DNA of 64,000 nt from Selaginella moellendorffii (GCF_000143415.4 NW_003314391.1:1-64000); one strand, 5' to 3'; positions 10,962 to 24,961 are shown, counted from the first letter of the stretch. Numbers and translations: made by a program. Notes: generated by a model not told the origin, from the sequence alone.

Positions 10962-13900
10962 GGTGCATCTTCCCCATTTCTCAAGGAAGTCGGAGACGGT
11001 AAGACACTTTACCGATTCGTGCCTCAATCTCATAAGGCCCCACGAACCTGCTTAAGGAACTCAAGATCAATTCATTTATGGAATACATGCATTTTTACCT
11101 TTGGGTCAACTTTCGGCTGATCCCACTTGGTAGGCTGAGGTTCTTGCTGTTCAGCCACACCTTCTCCCCAGCTTGGAACTCTACATCCCAACGCTTCTGG
11201 TTCGCGTACTTGGTTTGCCTTTGTTGAGCTCGTTCCAAGGAATCCCTCACTAGATTCCAAATGTTGAGTCTTTCTGCCGTGAATGCCTCCACTGCGGGTA
11301 ACTCTCCATGATACTTGGCCACACCGAGCTCCACAGGACCTTCAATAGCTCGCCCATTGATGACTTCCCATGGACTCACCCCGATACTCAAATGTGGTGA
11401 ATTGTTATAATATATTTCCGCAAGTCCCAAATGACTTACCCAATCGGTCTGGTCTCCCGAGACATAGCATCGCAAATAATCCTCCAGCTGCCTATTCACC
11501 CTTTTTGTTTGTCTGTCTGTCAAGAAGTGTTAGTGCCATCAACTTGACTTAATACCCCATACCTATCTGTGGGTGATAGGCTGTGCTGAATTTCAACTTG
11601 GTGCGATACTGTTCCAAGAGGGTTCTCCAGAACCTACTGGTGAAGATTTTATCTCGATCTGAGATAATCTCTTCTGGTCTTCCCCGCACTCGAACCACTT
11701 GTTCGAAGAACAATTTCACCACCCCTTCCGCATCCACTTCCGTTGTGGTGGGTATGAAATGTGCCATCTTCGAAAATCGGTCCACCACCACGAATATCGC
11801 ATTGAACCCCTTGCTTGGGGGTAGTCCTGTGATGAAGTCCATCGTAAGACATTTCCACGGACGATCTGGAATTGGGATGCTTTGCAACAAGCCCCCACTA
11901 GCCTTAGTTATGGCTTTGACCTGCTGACATGTTAGACATGTCTTTACATAGTCTTGGACGTCCTTAGCCATATCTGGCCAATGATACTTCCTCTTGAGTA
12001 AGTCCATCGTCTTGGGCACTCCGCCGTGTCCCGCAAGAGGTCCATCATGACACTCTTCTAAGGCTACCTTCCTTAGTTCCCCTTCTGGAACATACACCCT
12101 CGTTTGCTTGTAATATATGTGTCCATTGCGTTCCGCATAGCCTGTTTTTTCTTCCGTTGGCAGCTCACCTCTCTGGTGAGCTTCCCGTGCCTCTTGATTC
12201 CTCAGCAACACTTCTTGTGCTAGACTGTCATTCTCGTATGCAGTCCGCACATCATCCCAAAAGGTTGCTGTCGTGCTGGATATCGCCAACTTCAAGCTCG
12301 CTTTTCGACTTAGCGCATCTGCCACGATGTTGCTCTTCCCAGGCTTGTACAGAATCTCGCAATCAAACTCGGCCAAAGCATTGGCCCACCGACCTTGTTT
12401 TCCCCTTAGGTCGGGCTGTGACAGGAAGTGTTTCGTTGCCACATTGTCCGTGTAAACCTTGAAGTGTCTCCCAAGGTAGTGTCGCCACTCCTTGAGTGCC
12501 TTGACCACCGCAAACAATTCCTTCTCATGGGCAGGCCACTTCTGTTGAGCCTTGTCCAACTTCTTCGAGAAGAACGCTACTGGATGGTTGTTTTGCTTCA
12601 AAACTACGCCCAACGCAAAGTCTGAAGCATCTGTTTCTACCTCAAAGTCCTTACCAAAGTCTGGTAATGCCAACACGGGAGCCTTCCTCAACTTTCCCTT
12701 GAGGTGAACGAATTCCGCCTCGCATTCCGCTGTCCATACCATCTTCCCTTTTCCCGTTTGGTCTGTTAAGGGCAGGGCTACTCTCGAATAGTGTCTGATA
12801 AACTTTCGATAGTAGTTGCATAGCCCCAAGAATGCCCTTAACTCGTGTACATTCGATGGTCGCTCCCAATCCTGGATCGCTTGGACCTTCTCAGGGTCCA
12901 CCTTGAGCCCATCCTTGCCCACCACATGCTCGAGAAACTTTACCTCTTGTTGAGCAAAGTCACATTTGCTCTCTTTAGCATACAGCTGGTGTTCCCTTAG
13001 TTTCTCAAACACCTTCATCAAGTGTTCGGCATGCTCCTCTAGCGTTTCGCTATAGATCAGGATGTCGTCAATATAGACGACCACAAAGTGATCCAGATAA
13101 GGTACAAAGATATGGTTCATCAACGCTGAAAACGTTGCCGGCGCATTGCATAGCCTGAAGGGCATCACCAGAAACTCGAAGCTCCCATACCTCATTCGAT
13201 AGGTTGTCTTCTTGACATCTTCCTCTACTACCCTGATCTGGTAGTATCCTGACCTTAGGTCAATCCTCGAGAAGTATTTTGCCTTTCCCAACCTATCGAA
13301 CAGGTCCTCAATCCTTGGCAAAGGGTACTTGTTCTTCTTGGTATACTTGTTGAGCAACCGGTAGTCTATGCACATGCGCATAGATCCATTTTTCTTTTTC
13401 ACAAATAGCACTGGCGCCCCATACGGCAACTTGCTCAACCTAACATACCCTTTGTCCACCAACTCCTCTAGTTGGTGCTTGAGCTCCGCAAGTTCTTTTC
13501 CATTCAAACGATAGGGGGGGCAAACCACTGCCTCAACACCCTCGACTAGCTCAATCTTATGTTCTATTGGTCGTGCGGGGGGCAACCCCGCCGGTAGCTC
13601 CTCTGGCATGGTATCCTGGAATTGATCTAACACTCGTTGGATCACTAAAGGTACTTCTTCCGTTCCAGTCTTTTTGTCACTTCTCACCGAGAGTAAGCAC
13701 AAAAATGCAGCCTTGGTCCCTTTAGTGAGTTGTCCTCTTGTGGACACCACATTCAGTCACGAATCTTTGGCCTTGCATTGCCCTACCTTTAGATCTTGGG
13801 CCTCCACCTTGGATCTTCTCCCTTGGGCATTCGCCAGTACCACAAGGTTCTTATCTTGTCCATGTAGGGCTACCACAAACCGATTGAACTAGTCTATCCC

Positions 13901-15436
13901 GAAGATCACGTCAAATCCCGCCATGTCCAACACGGTGAAGTCCATGTCTACTTTCGAAGTCCCTACTTCGACTCTCGCTTGTCGAAGTACCTCATCGGTG
14001 CTTTGGCTACCTTGAACAAACTCTATAGTTCTTGGTTCGCCTAGCCATTGCACCGTTAGTCTGGCTTGCCGGACTATGTCTACAGCCACAAAATTATTCG
14101 AAGCACCTGTGTCAATAAGGATATTAACAAAGCTACCCCCGAGCTTCCCTCGGAGGGCTAGTAGATGTCGCAAACGACTCTCTACCAAAATTGCTCGTGT
14201 AATGAGTAACTTTGAGCTAGGGACTGGATCACATACCTCAGTTTGGACTTCACCCGACTTAATGGCCATATTGGCTCTGGCCTTCTTCGGGTAGAGACAT
14301 TCCCTCGAAAAGTGTCCCGCTTCATCGCAGTTGTAGCATACGTTGTTTCCCACGCTGCTAAACGACTTGACCTTCTTATCCATGGGTTTGTCTCTTTTTG
14401 CTTGACTCCCCCACGTACTTGCTCGCTGGCCACCAGATTTGCCTTTCCGGAACCCTGAGGACTCATTCTTAGAGAAACTCTTCTTGAATTTCCCTTTGCT
14501 ATATGTTCCCCTTGGTTTGGCCCCTTTGCTAAACGTGGATTCCAACCCCGTCGCGTTCCCCTTTCGTAGGTTATCGTTGAAATGCACCTTGATGGCCACA
14601 TCCAACGCTTCCTTATAGTTGGTCGGGTTCCAGCGCATCACCTCACTGCGAGCCCAGGTTTGCAAACCTGATATGAAGGCATGGAATGCATCCATATCCC
14701 CCATGTCCATGACAAGTATCCTCTTTGCTATGAACCCATTCACATACTCCTGGATGGTTCTAGTCTGCTTCAGCCTACTCAGCTCATCTCTTAGATGCAG
14801 AGTGGCATTCGGAGGAACGTATGTTGCACGAATCCTCGCCTTCATCATATCCCAAGTGGCCACCGGTCCTTCGTTGGCCTCCGTTGTTCTCCACCAAGAC
14901 TTGGCATTATCTGTCAAGTATGGTTTTGCACATGGGACCTTCTCCGAGCTCGGTAATCGCAACGCTCGGAAGTATTCCTCCATATCGTAAAACCAATCCT
15001 CCACCACCTTATAGTCATTCACTCCCTTGAAGACCAGTGGGGGCTTTGGTTTGTACTTGGGAACTGTCTGAGGGACTGATTCTACTTCGGTCTGTTTGAC
15101 CTTGTTTGGTTCTGCTTCAGTCCCTGCCGAAGGGTCCGCACCTTCTGCGCTGCCAGCATCCGCAGTCTTTCACTTTTTCTTCCGCTTCTCGTCACGCTTT
15201 AGCTTGCGTACAAGAGTCTCCAGCAGGGCATTGGTCTGTGCCAACTGTCCTTCAAGCATGTCCAATCGAGCCTTGGACGACCGAACCTCGCTACTGGACT
15301 CCTGTTTGGAAGTTTCCTCACTAGAGTCCTCTTCATGCAAGGATTCCTCATCCATAGCCTCTCGTTCGACTGGAGGCTCCAACTCTGGAGGAGGTTCCGT
15401 CTCCACCTTGGTTTGCTTCCGCACTGCCTTTGCCAT
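10962..15436 (-). pseudogene. gag-pol of outer element (disrupted)
   Basis: ORFs 15170-15436, 13889-15022, 11549-13750, 11095-11523. Motifs [24 protein letters not shown], RNase H ETDASD, IN zinc finger and core. Frameshift and stop relative to the inner copy. Confidence 0.92.
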
Positions 15437-15495
15437 CTCCCAGCAATCTGCCTCTATCCTTCACTAGAACTGAGGAAAAAGCTTCGATACCAAAT

Positions 15496-16642
15496 TGTAA
15501 GCCATAAATTTTGACCTTTCCAATTTGCCAACTTACCTCGTCTATCCGTCCGACCCTGCCTTGGCTTTTGCTAAGTTCCCCCGCCAAGGTTCCCGCCTAT
15601 GGTACCAACTCCTACTTGGTCCTACTTGGTTTCAGCTACTCACTGCATGAGCAATGGAGTGTTAGCCATCCATCCACGGATTCCCAATCTCTCCCAATCC
15701 CCCTCCCCGGGTTAGACTGGATTTAAGGTTCGGCTACACTCCCCGCAGGCACAAGCAGCCAAGCACACCAAACCTCCAAGTTCCTAACACCCCTTGGTAC
15801 CACAAGACTTGATCATGGGACCCTCTAAATCCCAAGTCTTGGGTGCAACACTTGCTTCGGGATGCCGGGGCGAAACACCGTGGCCTAATGGCCTGGTATG
15901 GGTACCTCTACCCCCCCACTTCCATCCCGAAGGAAGGCCCAAGCCCCTAGGAGGGGCGAGGACCAATGAGCCACCTGGTACTCAAGTGGGGCACCACTCC
16001 ACATGAGCCGGGAACACCGCAGTCGGTTTCCCTTTCGGGAGTGGGAGCTGCTCTTGAGCACTTCCTTGGATGGACCCTCCGGCACCAACCAAGTCCATAC
16101 TCACTCCCACCCAAGGCCCCTTGGTCCCAGTCTCAACCTCAAGTCGGTTTGGAAGCCCCACTGGAGAGTCCTTTCAAAACTAGTTCTTGGACCTCACTAT
16201 CCCTACTATATTTTTGGAACCCCCTGCAGCCCCCCCCCCCCCCAGGAAACGCACACTTTGGGCTTTCACCCCTTGACCCGTATTAGTATTTGGACTCAGT
16301 CTCTGGCTCGATCTCGGACTCGATTTCGGATCTGACTTCGGATTCGGTCTCGGACTCGAGCTCGGACTCGATCTCGAACCCGATCTCGGACCCGACCTCG
16401 GACTCAACCTCGAACTCGGTCTCGGACCCGATTTTGGATCTCGGACTCCGTCTTAAACTCGGTCTCGAAGTCGGTCCCCGAGTCGGCCTCGGACTTGATT
16501 CCGGACTCTATCTCGAACTCGGTCTCATAGTCGGTCTTGGACTCGATCTTCGACTTGGTCCCATCCAATGAACTCTTTATCATTTGGTCATGCTTTCGGG
16601 GTTCCTTTAGCCTATGACACCTCGGCGAGTTGGTTCCTTACA
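15496..16642 (-). repeat. 5' LTR of outer gypsy element
   Basis: Adjacent to PBS; homologous to 1588-2725. Confidence 0.93.
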
Positions 16643-16724
16643 CTCCCATTAGCTGGGAGTAAACATCAGCACAATTATTCGCAAACTTGTAGTTAAAGAA
16701 ATAACCCCTTCATAGTTACCCCCC

Positions 16725-18415
16725 TATGAGACACAAAATCCCTAGGCCCTAAAGTGGAGCCGAAAGGGTGCCACGTGGTAGTGGCCGAAGCGAAAGCCAA
16801 ACAAGCGTAACACGTTTGGGCTAAAATCTCCAGCTTGAAAAGGTTGAGAGCGGCAGCGGAACTCTCAACGAAGTGCTCAAGGAACAAGCACGAAGTGAGC
16901 AATGAGTGAGTCTCTAGAAAAGGGACACAAGAGGATCCGAGATGGAGTCCGAGATGGACCCAAGATGGAGTCCGAGATGGACCCAAGGTGGAGTCCGAGA
17001 TGGACCCAAGATGGAGTTCGAGATGGAGTCTGAGATGGAGTCTGCGATGGACCCGAGATGGAGTCCGAGATGGACCTGAAATGAAGTTCGAGATGGAGTC
17101 CGAGATGGACCTGAGATGGACCTGAGATAGAGTCTGAGATGGAGTCCGAGATGGACCCGAGATGAACCCAAGACGGAGTCCGAGGTGGAGTCCAAGATGG
17201 ACCCGAGATGGAGTCCGAGATGGAGTCTGAGACAGAGTCCGAGATGGACCTAAGATGGAGTCCGAGATGGAGTCCGAGATGGACCTAAGATGGAGCCAAG
17301 ATGGAGTCCGAGATGGACCCGAGATGGAGTCCAAGATGGAACCGGGACCGAGACCAAGACCGAGACCGAGTCCGAGTCCAAAACCGGGACCAAGACCAAG
17401 TTCGAGTCTGAATACTAATACAAGCAGTTGGGTGAAAGCCCAAAGCTATCGTCCCCCAGAGGGTTCCAAAAGTATAGTAGGGAGAGTGTAGGGGTTGGAT
17501 CCTAGTGGAACCAGTTTGGCTAGGAAAGGCCAGTTTAGCCTAGGAAGGCCATACCCAGTGTTGGGTGATGAGCTGACCACTAGGAAGTCCAAGACTAAAG
17601 TGAATACGAACCGATAAGCAGGTAGCTTGGTGAAGTGTTCGAGAGCCGGCTCTAGTTCCCCCGAAGATCGAATGGTTGATGCTCCTAGTCCAAGTATGGG
17701 TGGCACTACCTACTTGGATACCAGGCGTGGCTCAACGGAACCTCGCTCTAAGCCCATAGCTAGAGCACCCAAAGGTGGAAGGTGGGTAGAGTACTTATGA
17801 GGCCCGCATAGGGCCACGATGTTCCGAAATATTGTCCCAAAGTCCCAGACTGTGGAAAGGAAGAGGAGTAGCCCTCTAGTGTGATGACCAAGGACACAAT
17901 CTCACGGTGAGGAAGTCCCAGAGGACCATGGGACTTAGTGGTTGGGCTTGTGGGCCTTGATCCAATGGCAGTGTTGGCAAGCACGACCATGGACAAAAAG
18001 GGACTTAGTGAGGACCGGAAAGGAGATATTAAGGAAGGCTATTCCCCATGTCTACGGGCATCCTAAGGATGCTAAGGAGTGGATCTGGGATGACCACTCA
18101 TGGACGGATGGCCCAGTCTTGGAGAGACAGGATTGCAATGCAAGTGGCATTGGACCACCGGTGTGACCGAGGTGAATGGGTATGGCCTAGCGTAACGGGT
18201 TGATATGTTGGTGGTACCTTGGAGTGTCGATCATGGGATCGGACACGTGGAGCACTTGGACCAAGTGCAAAGGTTGAGTGGCATGGATGCCATTTTCGGG
18301 GTGAGCAAGCCCCAAATCCTGAATTGGACTTATGGAGGTTGTGAATGAGACTCCTCCAAGTGGTTGGAGGTATGGTTAAGTGACTAAAGTAGAATAGAAA
18401 AATGAGTTGTTTACA
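16725..18415 (+). mobile_element. Solo LTR of a second gypsy family (12-mer GATGGAGTCCGA arrays)
   Basis: Starts TATGAGACACAAAATCC (TGTGAGAC in the 49567 copy), ends TTTACA. Near-TSD CCCCC/CTCCC. Orientation inferred from blocks shared with the inner LTR. Confidence 0.75.
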
Positions 18416-18671
18416 CTCCCTTTACACAACCCAACAACAGGTAATGGTATATCAAATATGAGTTAACTTAGTTTTATGAATGTGTAGGACTATAATTAAA
18501 TTTTCAAGTGTTAATACAAAAAAATAAACAAATTTAACAATAAGAGTGCCTTAGATAATTACAATATAACTCATTATCAACAAAACTACAATAATGTATG
18601 CAGTATTTGATTAAACAGTAACATTTTAAAATATTTTTGTTAACTACAAATATAGTTTATTAATACATAAT

Positions 18672-20211
18672 ATTATGACACAAAATCCCTAGGCCCCAAA
18701 GTGGAGCCAAAAGGGTGCCACGTAGTAGTGGCCAAAGCGAAAGCAAAACGAGCGTAACACGTTTGAACTTAAAGCTTCGACTTGAAAAGGTTGAGAGCGG
18801 GAGTGGAACTCCCAACAAAGTGCTCGAAGAACAAGCACGAAGTGAGCAATGAGCGAGGCTCCAAAAAGAGACCCAAAAAGACCAACACATGACACGTGGA
18901 AGTGTTCGAGAAGGAGTCCGAGATGGAGTTCGAGATGGACCTGAGATGGAGTCTGAGATGGAGTCCGAGATGGACCCGAGATGGAGTCTGAGGTGGACCT
19001 GAGAAGTCCGAGATGGAACCGAGACCGAGACGAAGACTGAGACTGAGACCGAGTCCGAGTCCAAAACCGGGACCAAGACCGAGTCCGAATCTGAATACTA
19101 ATATAGGCAGTTGGGTGAAAGCCCAAGCCCAAGCGATCTCCCCCAGGCGAGGGGGGGGGGGGGGGCTACGGGGGGCTTCCAAAAGTATAGTAGGGAGAGT
19201 ATGGAGGTTGGAGCCCAGTGGAACTAATTTGGCTAGGAAAGGCCAATTTGGCCCAGGAAGGCCATATCCAATGTTGGGTAATGAGTTAACCATTGGGAAG
19301 TCCAAGATTAGAGTGAATATGGACCAACAAGCGGGGTAGTTTGGTGAAGTGTTCAAAAGCCGGCTTTAGTTCCCCTGGGAGATTGAATGGTCAATGCTCC
19401 TAGTTTGCCTACTTGGATACCAAGTGTGGCTCAACAGAACCTCGCTCTAAACCCATGGCTAGAGCACCCAAAGGTGGAAGGCGGGGAGAATACCCATGAG
19501 GCCCGCATAGGGCCACGGTGTTCCGAAACGTTGTCCCAAAGGCCTAGACTATGGAAAGGAAGAGGAGTAGCCCTCTGGTGTGGTGACCAAGGACACAGTC
19601 ATATAGTGAGGAAGTCCTAGAGGACCATAGGACTTAGTGGTCGGGCCTGTGGGCCTTTATCCAGTAGTAGTGTTGGCGAGCACAGCTATGGACAAAAAGG
19701 GAATTGATAAGGACTAGAAAGGTGATATTGGGGAAGGCTATTCCCCATGCTTGTGAGCATCCTAAGGATGCTAAGGAGTGGATCTGGGATGACCACTCAT
19801 GGATGGATATCCCAGTCTTGGAGAGATAGGATTGCAATGCAGGTGGCATTGGACCACCAATGTGACCAAGGTGAATGGGCATAACCTACCGTAACGAGCT
19901 TGTATGTTAGTGGTACCTTGGGGTGTCGATCATGGGATCGGACATGTGGAGCACTTGGACTGTTAGGCACTAGGTCAAGATAATAGGATAAAGAAAGGGC
20001 CCTACAATGAAGTGATCACCCCTTTAGCCAGTTGGCTTAGGGTGTAAGGGATAGGATCCTAACATGGACCAAGTGCAAAGGTTGAGTGGCATAGATGCCA
20101 TTCTCAGGGCAAATAAGCCCCAAATCCGGAATTGGACTTATGGAGGTTGTGAACAAGACCCCTCCAAGTGGTCGGAAGTATGGTTAAGTGACTAAAGTAG
20201 AATGGCTTACA
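18672..20211 (+). mobile_element. LTR/LTR remnant of the same second family
   Basis: Colinear with 16725-18415 and ends GGCTTACA. Left end degraded; no TSD found. Confidence 0.7.
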
Positions 20212-20369
20212 TCGCTTATACTCCTCTGATAATTTTGCAGATGCCCTCCATAGATTCTTCATGACCATAACAAGCAACAACCAGTAGCACTAGCACCAAT
20301 GCCTTCCTCAAACAGCCCACAGCATCAGCATTCATACTATGCATCATGATCTCCCATCCATATTTGATA

Positions 20370-20549
20370 ATATATAGACTACAAATTAGGTCATATAAAA
20401 TACTTAGCCTTTAGAAGTTTGTCAAATAGGTCATCAATATGAGGTAGTAAATAACTAGTTTTTTACTATAATCTTCTTGAGAGCTTGACATATCCTTATG
20501 GTACCATCTTTTTTATAAACAAAAAGGACCGGTGCTTTATAAGTGGAGA
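20370..20549 (-). pseudogene. Degenerate gypsy RT fragment (insertion site of the DNA transposon; continues at 30007)
   Basis: Joining across the element gives GSPSISTYKAPVLFVYKKDGTIRIC...KN*..LPHIDDLFDKL, an RT N-terminal motif. Confidence 0.8.
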
Positions 20550-20992
20550 TAAGCTCTATTTCGTTAAAGTGGGAATTGTCATTATCCCACTTGTAAAATA
20601 AGGTTTCCAAACCTTTATATAGTATATAAATATAACAAAATTCAACTGCATTGAGGCACATGCCATTTTATTTTAAACAAGGAAATGTCTACTCAATCAC
20701 TTCTCCTCCCCCTGCCACTGCTTCACCTCTCTCTTCTCCTTGTCATCGTCGTCCAATTTCTTTCCATCCTTTTAATATTGGCTCAGTTGCTCCGAGTCTA
20801 GGTGGAGCCCAAGTCCCCATTCAATCTTTACTTTCCCCTTATTAATAAAACAACTTCGTAGACTTCCAATAACATGCTGTAACACTTCTAGTATAATGCA
20901 AATCCTCTCAAAGAATTGTCTTTTAATATTAATACAATGGCATGGAACCCCATGCCATAATAAGTTACATTTTTAAATAAATACATGCCATC

Positions 20993-23452
20993 TCAGACTG
21001 TTATTTTTTGCCTCCAACGCCTATACAATAATCTTGGAATTTCATCACTCTCCACACTATTAGGATTTAAACCCAATAGTAATGCCATCTCTTCTCTAAT
21101 ACGTCCACGCTCATGTTCAGTGGTCGAAGAACCCATCCGGTTGAGCAAATTATGGAGATGTGGATAGTGCTTGGCTAGACAATATACATGCCATAAATGA
21201 TGACTAGTGTCTGTCCAATCAAATGGCTTCTGATATACCGTTCCATCTGCCATTTGGTTGATTTCTGCAGCCACCTCCTGGACTGGCCGGTTCTCTATCA
21301 CCATCGCTCCAAGCCGTTTTGCAAGGTCCCCCAAAACATACGGTTTCTTCTCCCTAGTTTCCATACTGCAAGAGATGGGGTGCACTGCATATGTGTGCGT
21401 GTTCGCTGCAGTTTTAATCGGCGAGTCATCGATGATGAGGATTTCACTTGAACTAGCAGTCTGGTTCATCACTACAACCTCTAGCTTGACAAAGATGGGC
21501 TTGCTACCCCTCACATGGACCATAGTCAAGCAATCCTCCTGCGTTAGGAGAAAGTCAAATGGTAATATTACTCGCGTCTGATCGTGCATCATCTGTAGCA
21601 ACGTTAATGCATTGTGGCGCATCATGGATGTCCAAACTCCCAATTGCAAATTGAACCTGGCCCTCTGTTTTAAGTGTCGCATGGTCATTATTAGATCCCG
21701 CAGTTTCTCCCGTGTGATTAATGTGAATCTGTCTCTTTTGACCAACTCGATGAACTTGGGGGCCCCCTTCACGTACTCATCGATGTCTTCATTTGATAAA
21801 TCCAGCGCTTCCATCATCTCTTGCATGTTGTCGATGCTCACCCTCTCCACGGCCACTTGCTCGAAGATCCAATCCTTCAATAGCGCACGAGCTCTCAGAG
21901 TCGTGCACAAGTCCTCGTATGTCACAATATGGCCGGGAGTCATTTTGGTCTTGTTGAAGGCTACCTCACCACGTAGAAGAGCATTAGGCACTGTCAGAAG
22001 GTCGTCGTCGTCTAGAGACCGCGAGAAACGCAAGGCGTTGAGCTTCAAATCATTGGGCTTCCGGCCGTCCTCCACACCCATTGAGTTTGGCAACTCCCCG
22101 TCATGGTACCTCCTCAGCACATCTACCCATTTGTCAAAAACAACTTTTGTCGCGAGTAGAATGTTATGGATGCTGAGTGTGTCATTGACCCCCAGTGTTT
22201 TCGAGAGAAGACTCGAGAATTCCTACAATGGAAATGGCGTGAGGCCACATGCTATGCCACATGCAACGAGGCTTACCTGCCAGGCGCTAGTTGCTAGTGC
22301 ATGTCCTTGTCCTCGTTTTTGTGGCTTCTTCAGTTGAACCCAGAGCTTCCGTGTTCGTGCCAATGTCTCATGCAGACCCGATTTGTAGCACGTTTCTTGC
22401 TTGACATTCTGCGCGTGGGAGATGTATATGATAGATCGGAGGGGCGAGTTGCCTTTTATCAGGCGGACAACTCTTGTCTTGAAGACTTTCTTCACCTCCT
22501 CGCCCACCATAATATCCACAACTATCTCTTGCATCGCCAAACTAGAATGCTGCCCGGAGACGGCATAGAACCGGATGTTCTGATCGTCCAACACCTTCCT
22601 ATTGATCAAGTCTGGAAACCTCGTCTCGCCCTTCATTGTTCGGTAGTAGGGGATCACGTCTGCGATGTCGGGTGTTACTGGACTTGCCAGCATCTTCTGC
22701 TTCAGTTTCTCCACCCACTCATCAGATACTAGCCTGTGGTTGTATTTGCTTTGGATGTCGATACGGCTCACGTCGATTGTATATACTTTGTTGGAATAGT
22801 AACAAGTACTATTATCTGCGACGATTTTTGCTGCCTCTTCTTGCTCTTTCTGCTCTTTATGGCTCTTCTTTTTGGTGGGTGTAGTGTTCGAACCCGAGGC
22901 AATGGCATCACCGAGTAGCTTCTTTTTTGGAGGAGAGTCGGACGTCGGCTTGAGCTTGACCACCCTTTTCTGCTTCGGGGTAGTTTCCAAATCGACCCCC
23001 TTCCCCTTCGCTTTGCGAACTGGAGGCACTCTCAACGGCTCAATGTTGGAATATAGTTTTTGAACATCGCCGTAGGTGAGGTCCGTGGATTCCATGTGAT
23101 CTTCATAGACCCGCAGCGTCTTTGAAATTGTGGGCCTCCTGGACAACCTCTCCCTAGCTCCCTCTAGGAATTCCTCATAGCCGCTGCCCCCCTCCGGGAA
23201 GCCGCTAGGATGTGCAAGGTGGATCTTGAAGGCAGACGCTGTCTCTACCACAAGTGCCAGTCCATATTCTTGCATGGAACTGCATGGAGTGTCTGTCACT
23301 TGGATGAGGATCCCCATGCATTCTTTTCTCCCACCATCTGTGTTGTACAGCCTCAGATCCTCGCCTTCCATCCCGAAAGTCCAACTGGTGAGTTCCTTCC
23401 CCTTCTCTGCATCCACATTGACAGTGGCTGGAAGAAGAACGCAATTCCTCGC
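20993..23452 (-). CDS. Large (>=801 aa) transposon accessory protein with ParB/Sulfiredoxin-like domain; exons 23452-22277 and 22222-20993, further 5' exons likely
   Basis: Two long ORFs join in frame across a 54-nt GTAAGC..TAG intron (22223-22276). Segment IDVSRI..YNHRLVSDEWVEKLKQKMLASPVTPDIADVIP...RFYAVSGQHSSLAMQEI follows the ParB-N/Srx pattern. Preceded by a basic low-complexity linker (PKQKR, PPKKK, PTKKK). Confidence 0.7.
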
Positions 23453-24936
23453 CTGTTCAGAAATGCACAACAATTAGAGCTGACAGATGAAAAGCTAGCA
23501 GCTGGAAATAACGTGAGGCCACACGCCATTCACCACTGCATCAGATGTCTTGAGGCTGCATCCTAAGATGGCGTGAGGCTACACGCCATCTGTAACCGGA
23601 CTGCACTCGAGAGCCCAATCGGTGCATGCCAATGTTGCTACTGAATGGCATGTGGCCTCATGCCATTTTCTACTTGGCCTAAAAGACTTACCATTTGAAG
23701 CCGAATGGAGGCGTGACAACTGGACTCACTGGCGAATGTGCACTATGTGTGCAGCGGATCGTAGCAGCAAGGCTACTCTGCCACTTACAGTTGGAGAGTG
23801 GCGCTGAAATCTCCCGGGACGCCAAGTGGGCTGCGTGTGGGTGGCGGAGTGGGCGGCGGAGTTGGCGGCGAAGTTACAAACTGGGTGTGTCTTGAAGTGG
23901 ACGCCGATGCACACGAGCGCGATGCGAGCGCGAGTGTGATGCAAGCGCGAGTGGACACCGATGCACACGAGAAACCTGTAGAGAAGTGGGAGCGCGAGTG
24001 GGAGCACGATGCGAGCGCGAGTGTGCGAGCGCGAGTACGAAGCAAAATGCAAAACCTAACCTCACACGCGCGAAATGTCACGACGGTTGGTAATCCCGCC
24101 ACATCATCATTCCTCGAAGTTGGGCGCCACCATTAATTTCTGGTTCGGCGCGCGCATGCGTGAAATCCAAAAGAAATCCGCAACGTCATCATTCCTCGGA
24201 CTGCATGCACGCGAAATCCAAAAGAAAGATCATGATTGGGATATCATTTAATACCCTCGCTATATTTATACCATGCATGATTGGATATTCCAAAGCATCT
24301 TGTATTTCCAAAAATGCCAGATGTTCAGCTAAATAAATTGTCAGAGGATTTGATGTGACGTTCAAGCGTGTGGGCTCATGCAATTTTGATCCCAAAAAAT
24401 GCACCAAAAAATGCTCGGTGTCATCTGGCGTTATCTCTTGAATGGCGTGGGGCCGCATGCCATTTTCAGGAGCATATAGGAGGATATTCCTAGAATATTC
24501 TGACACACGCGAGATTGTTTTGAGTTTCCTGGAGATCCAACCGTTAGATCGCAACTAGATTTTACAGAATGGTATACAATGTCCTTCTTGATGACCCTGA
24601 AAAGAAGCATCTCGATCGGACACCACATGAGACCACACGAGCCTTACAATGTTTCAGGGGCATTTGCCATAGATCCGACCGTTATTTTGCTCCAAGATTC
24701 TACAGTTTGGTGTGCATTGACCTTTCCATCGACACTGCAAAGGGACATCACAATCAGATGCAGGATCACAAGAAACCAACTTCACTAACTCTGGTTTCAC
24801 CAAGATCTACGTAAGGAGTTATGAAATGAAAGGACCCTCTCTATTGAAATGTGTTTATGGTCCTAGGGGCATTGTGACATATCAAAGGATTTTGCATCAA
24901 GTTCTGTATTTGCGTGTTTATCAAGCTACTGAATTG

Positions 24937-24961
24937 CTAAACCCTAAACCCTAACCCTAAA
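24937..24961 (+). promoter_or_regulatory. Telo-box/short interstitial plant telomere repeat (CCCTAAA)~3
   Basis: CTAAACCCTAAACCCTAACCCTAAA between the two divergent transposon genes. Confidence 0.55.

Larger units (their letters stand above)
1588..16642 (-). mobile_element. Ty3/gypsy chromovirus-type LTR retrotransposon (outer, older, disabled)
   Basis: LTRs 15496-16642 (5') and 1588-2725 (3') with TG..CA ends. Near-TSD CTCTC/CTCCC. PBS (rc TGGTATCGAAGC) at 15481-15492 and PPT at 2726-2740. gag-PR-RT-RH-IN-chromodomain order with stops/frameshifts. Confidence 0.95.

Noticed and set aside
16930-17400. Repeat array as a CRISPR
   Set aside because: Tandem 12-mers without unique spacers; eukaryotic LTR context; no cas genes.
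21612-22337. 241-aa plus-strand ORF (also 28060-28938 minus, 52897-53541 plus)
   Set aside because: Antisense shadows of real coding regions with no recognisable motifs.
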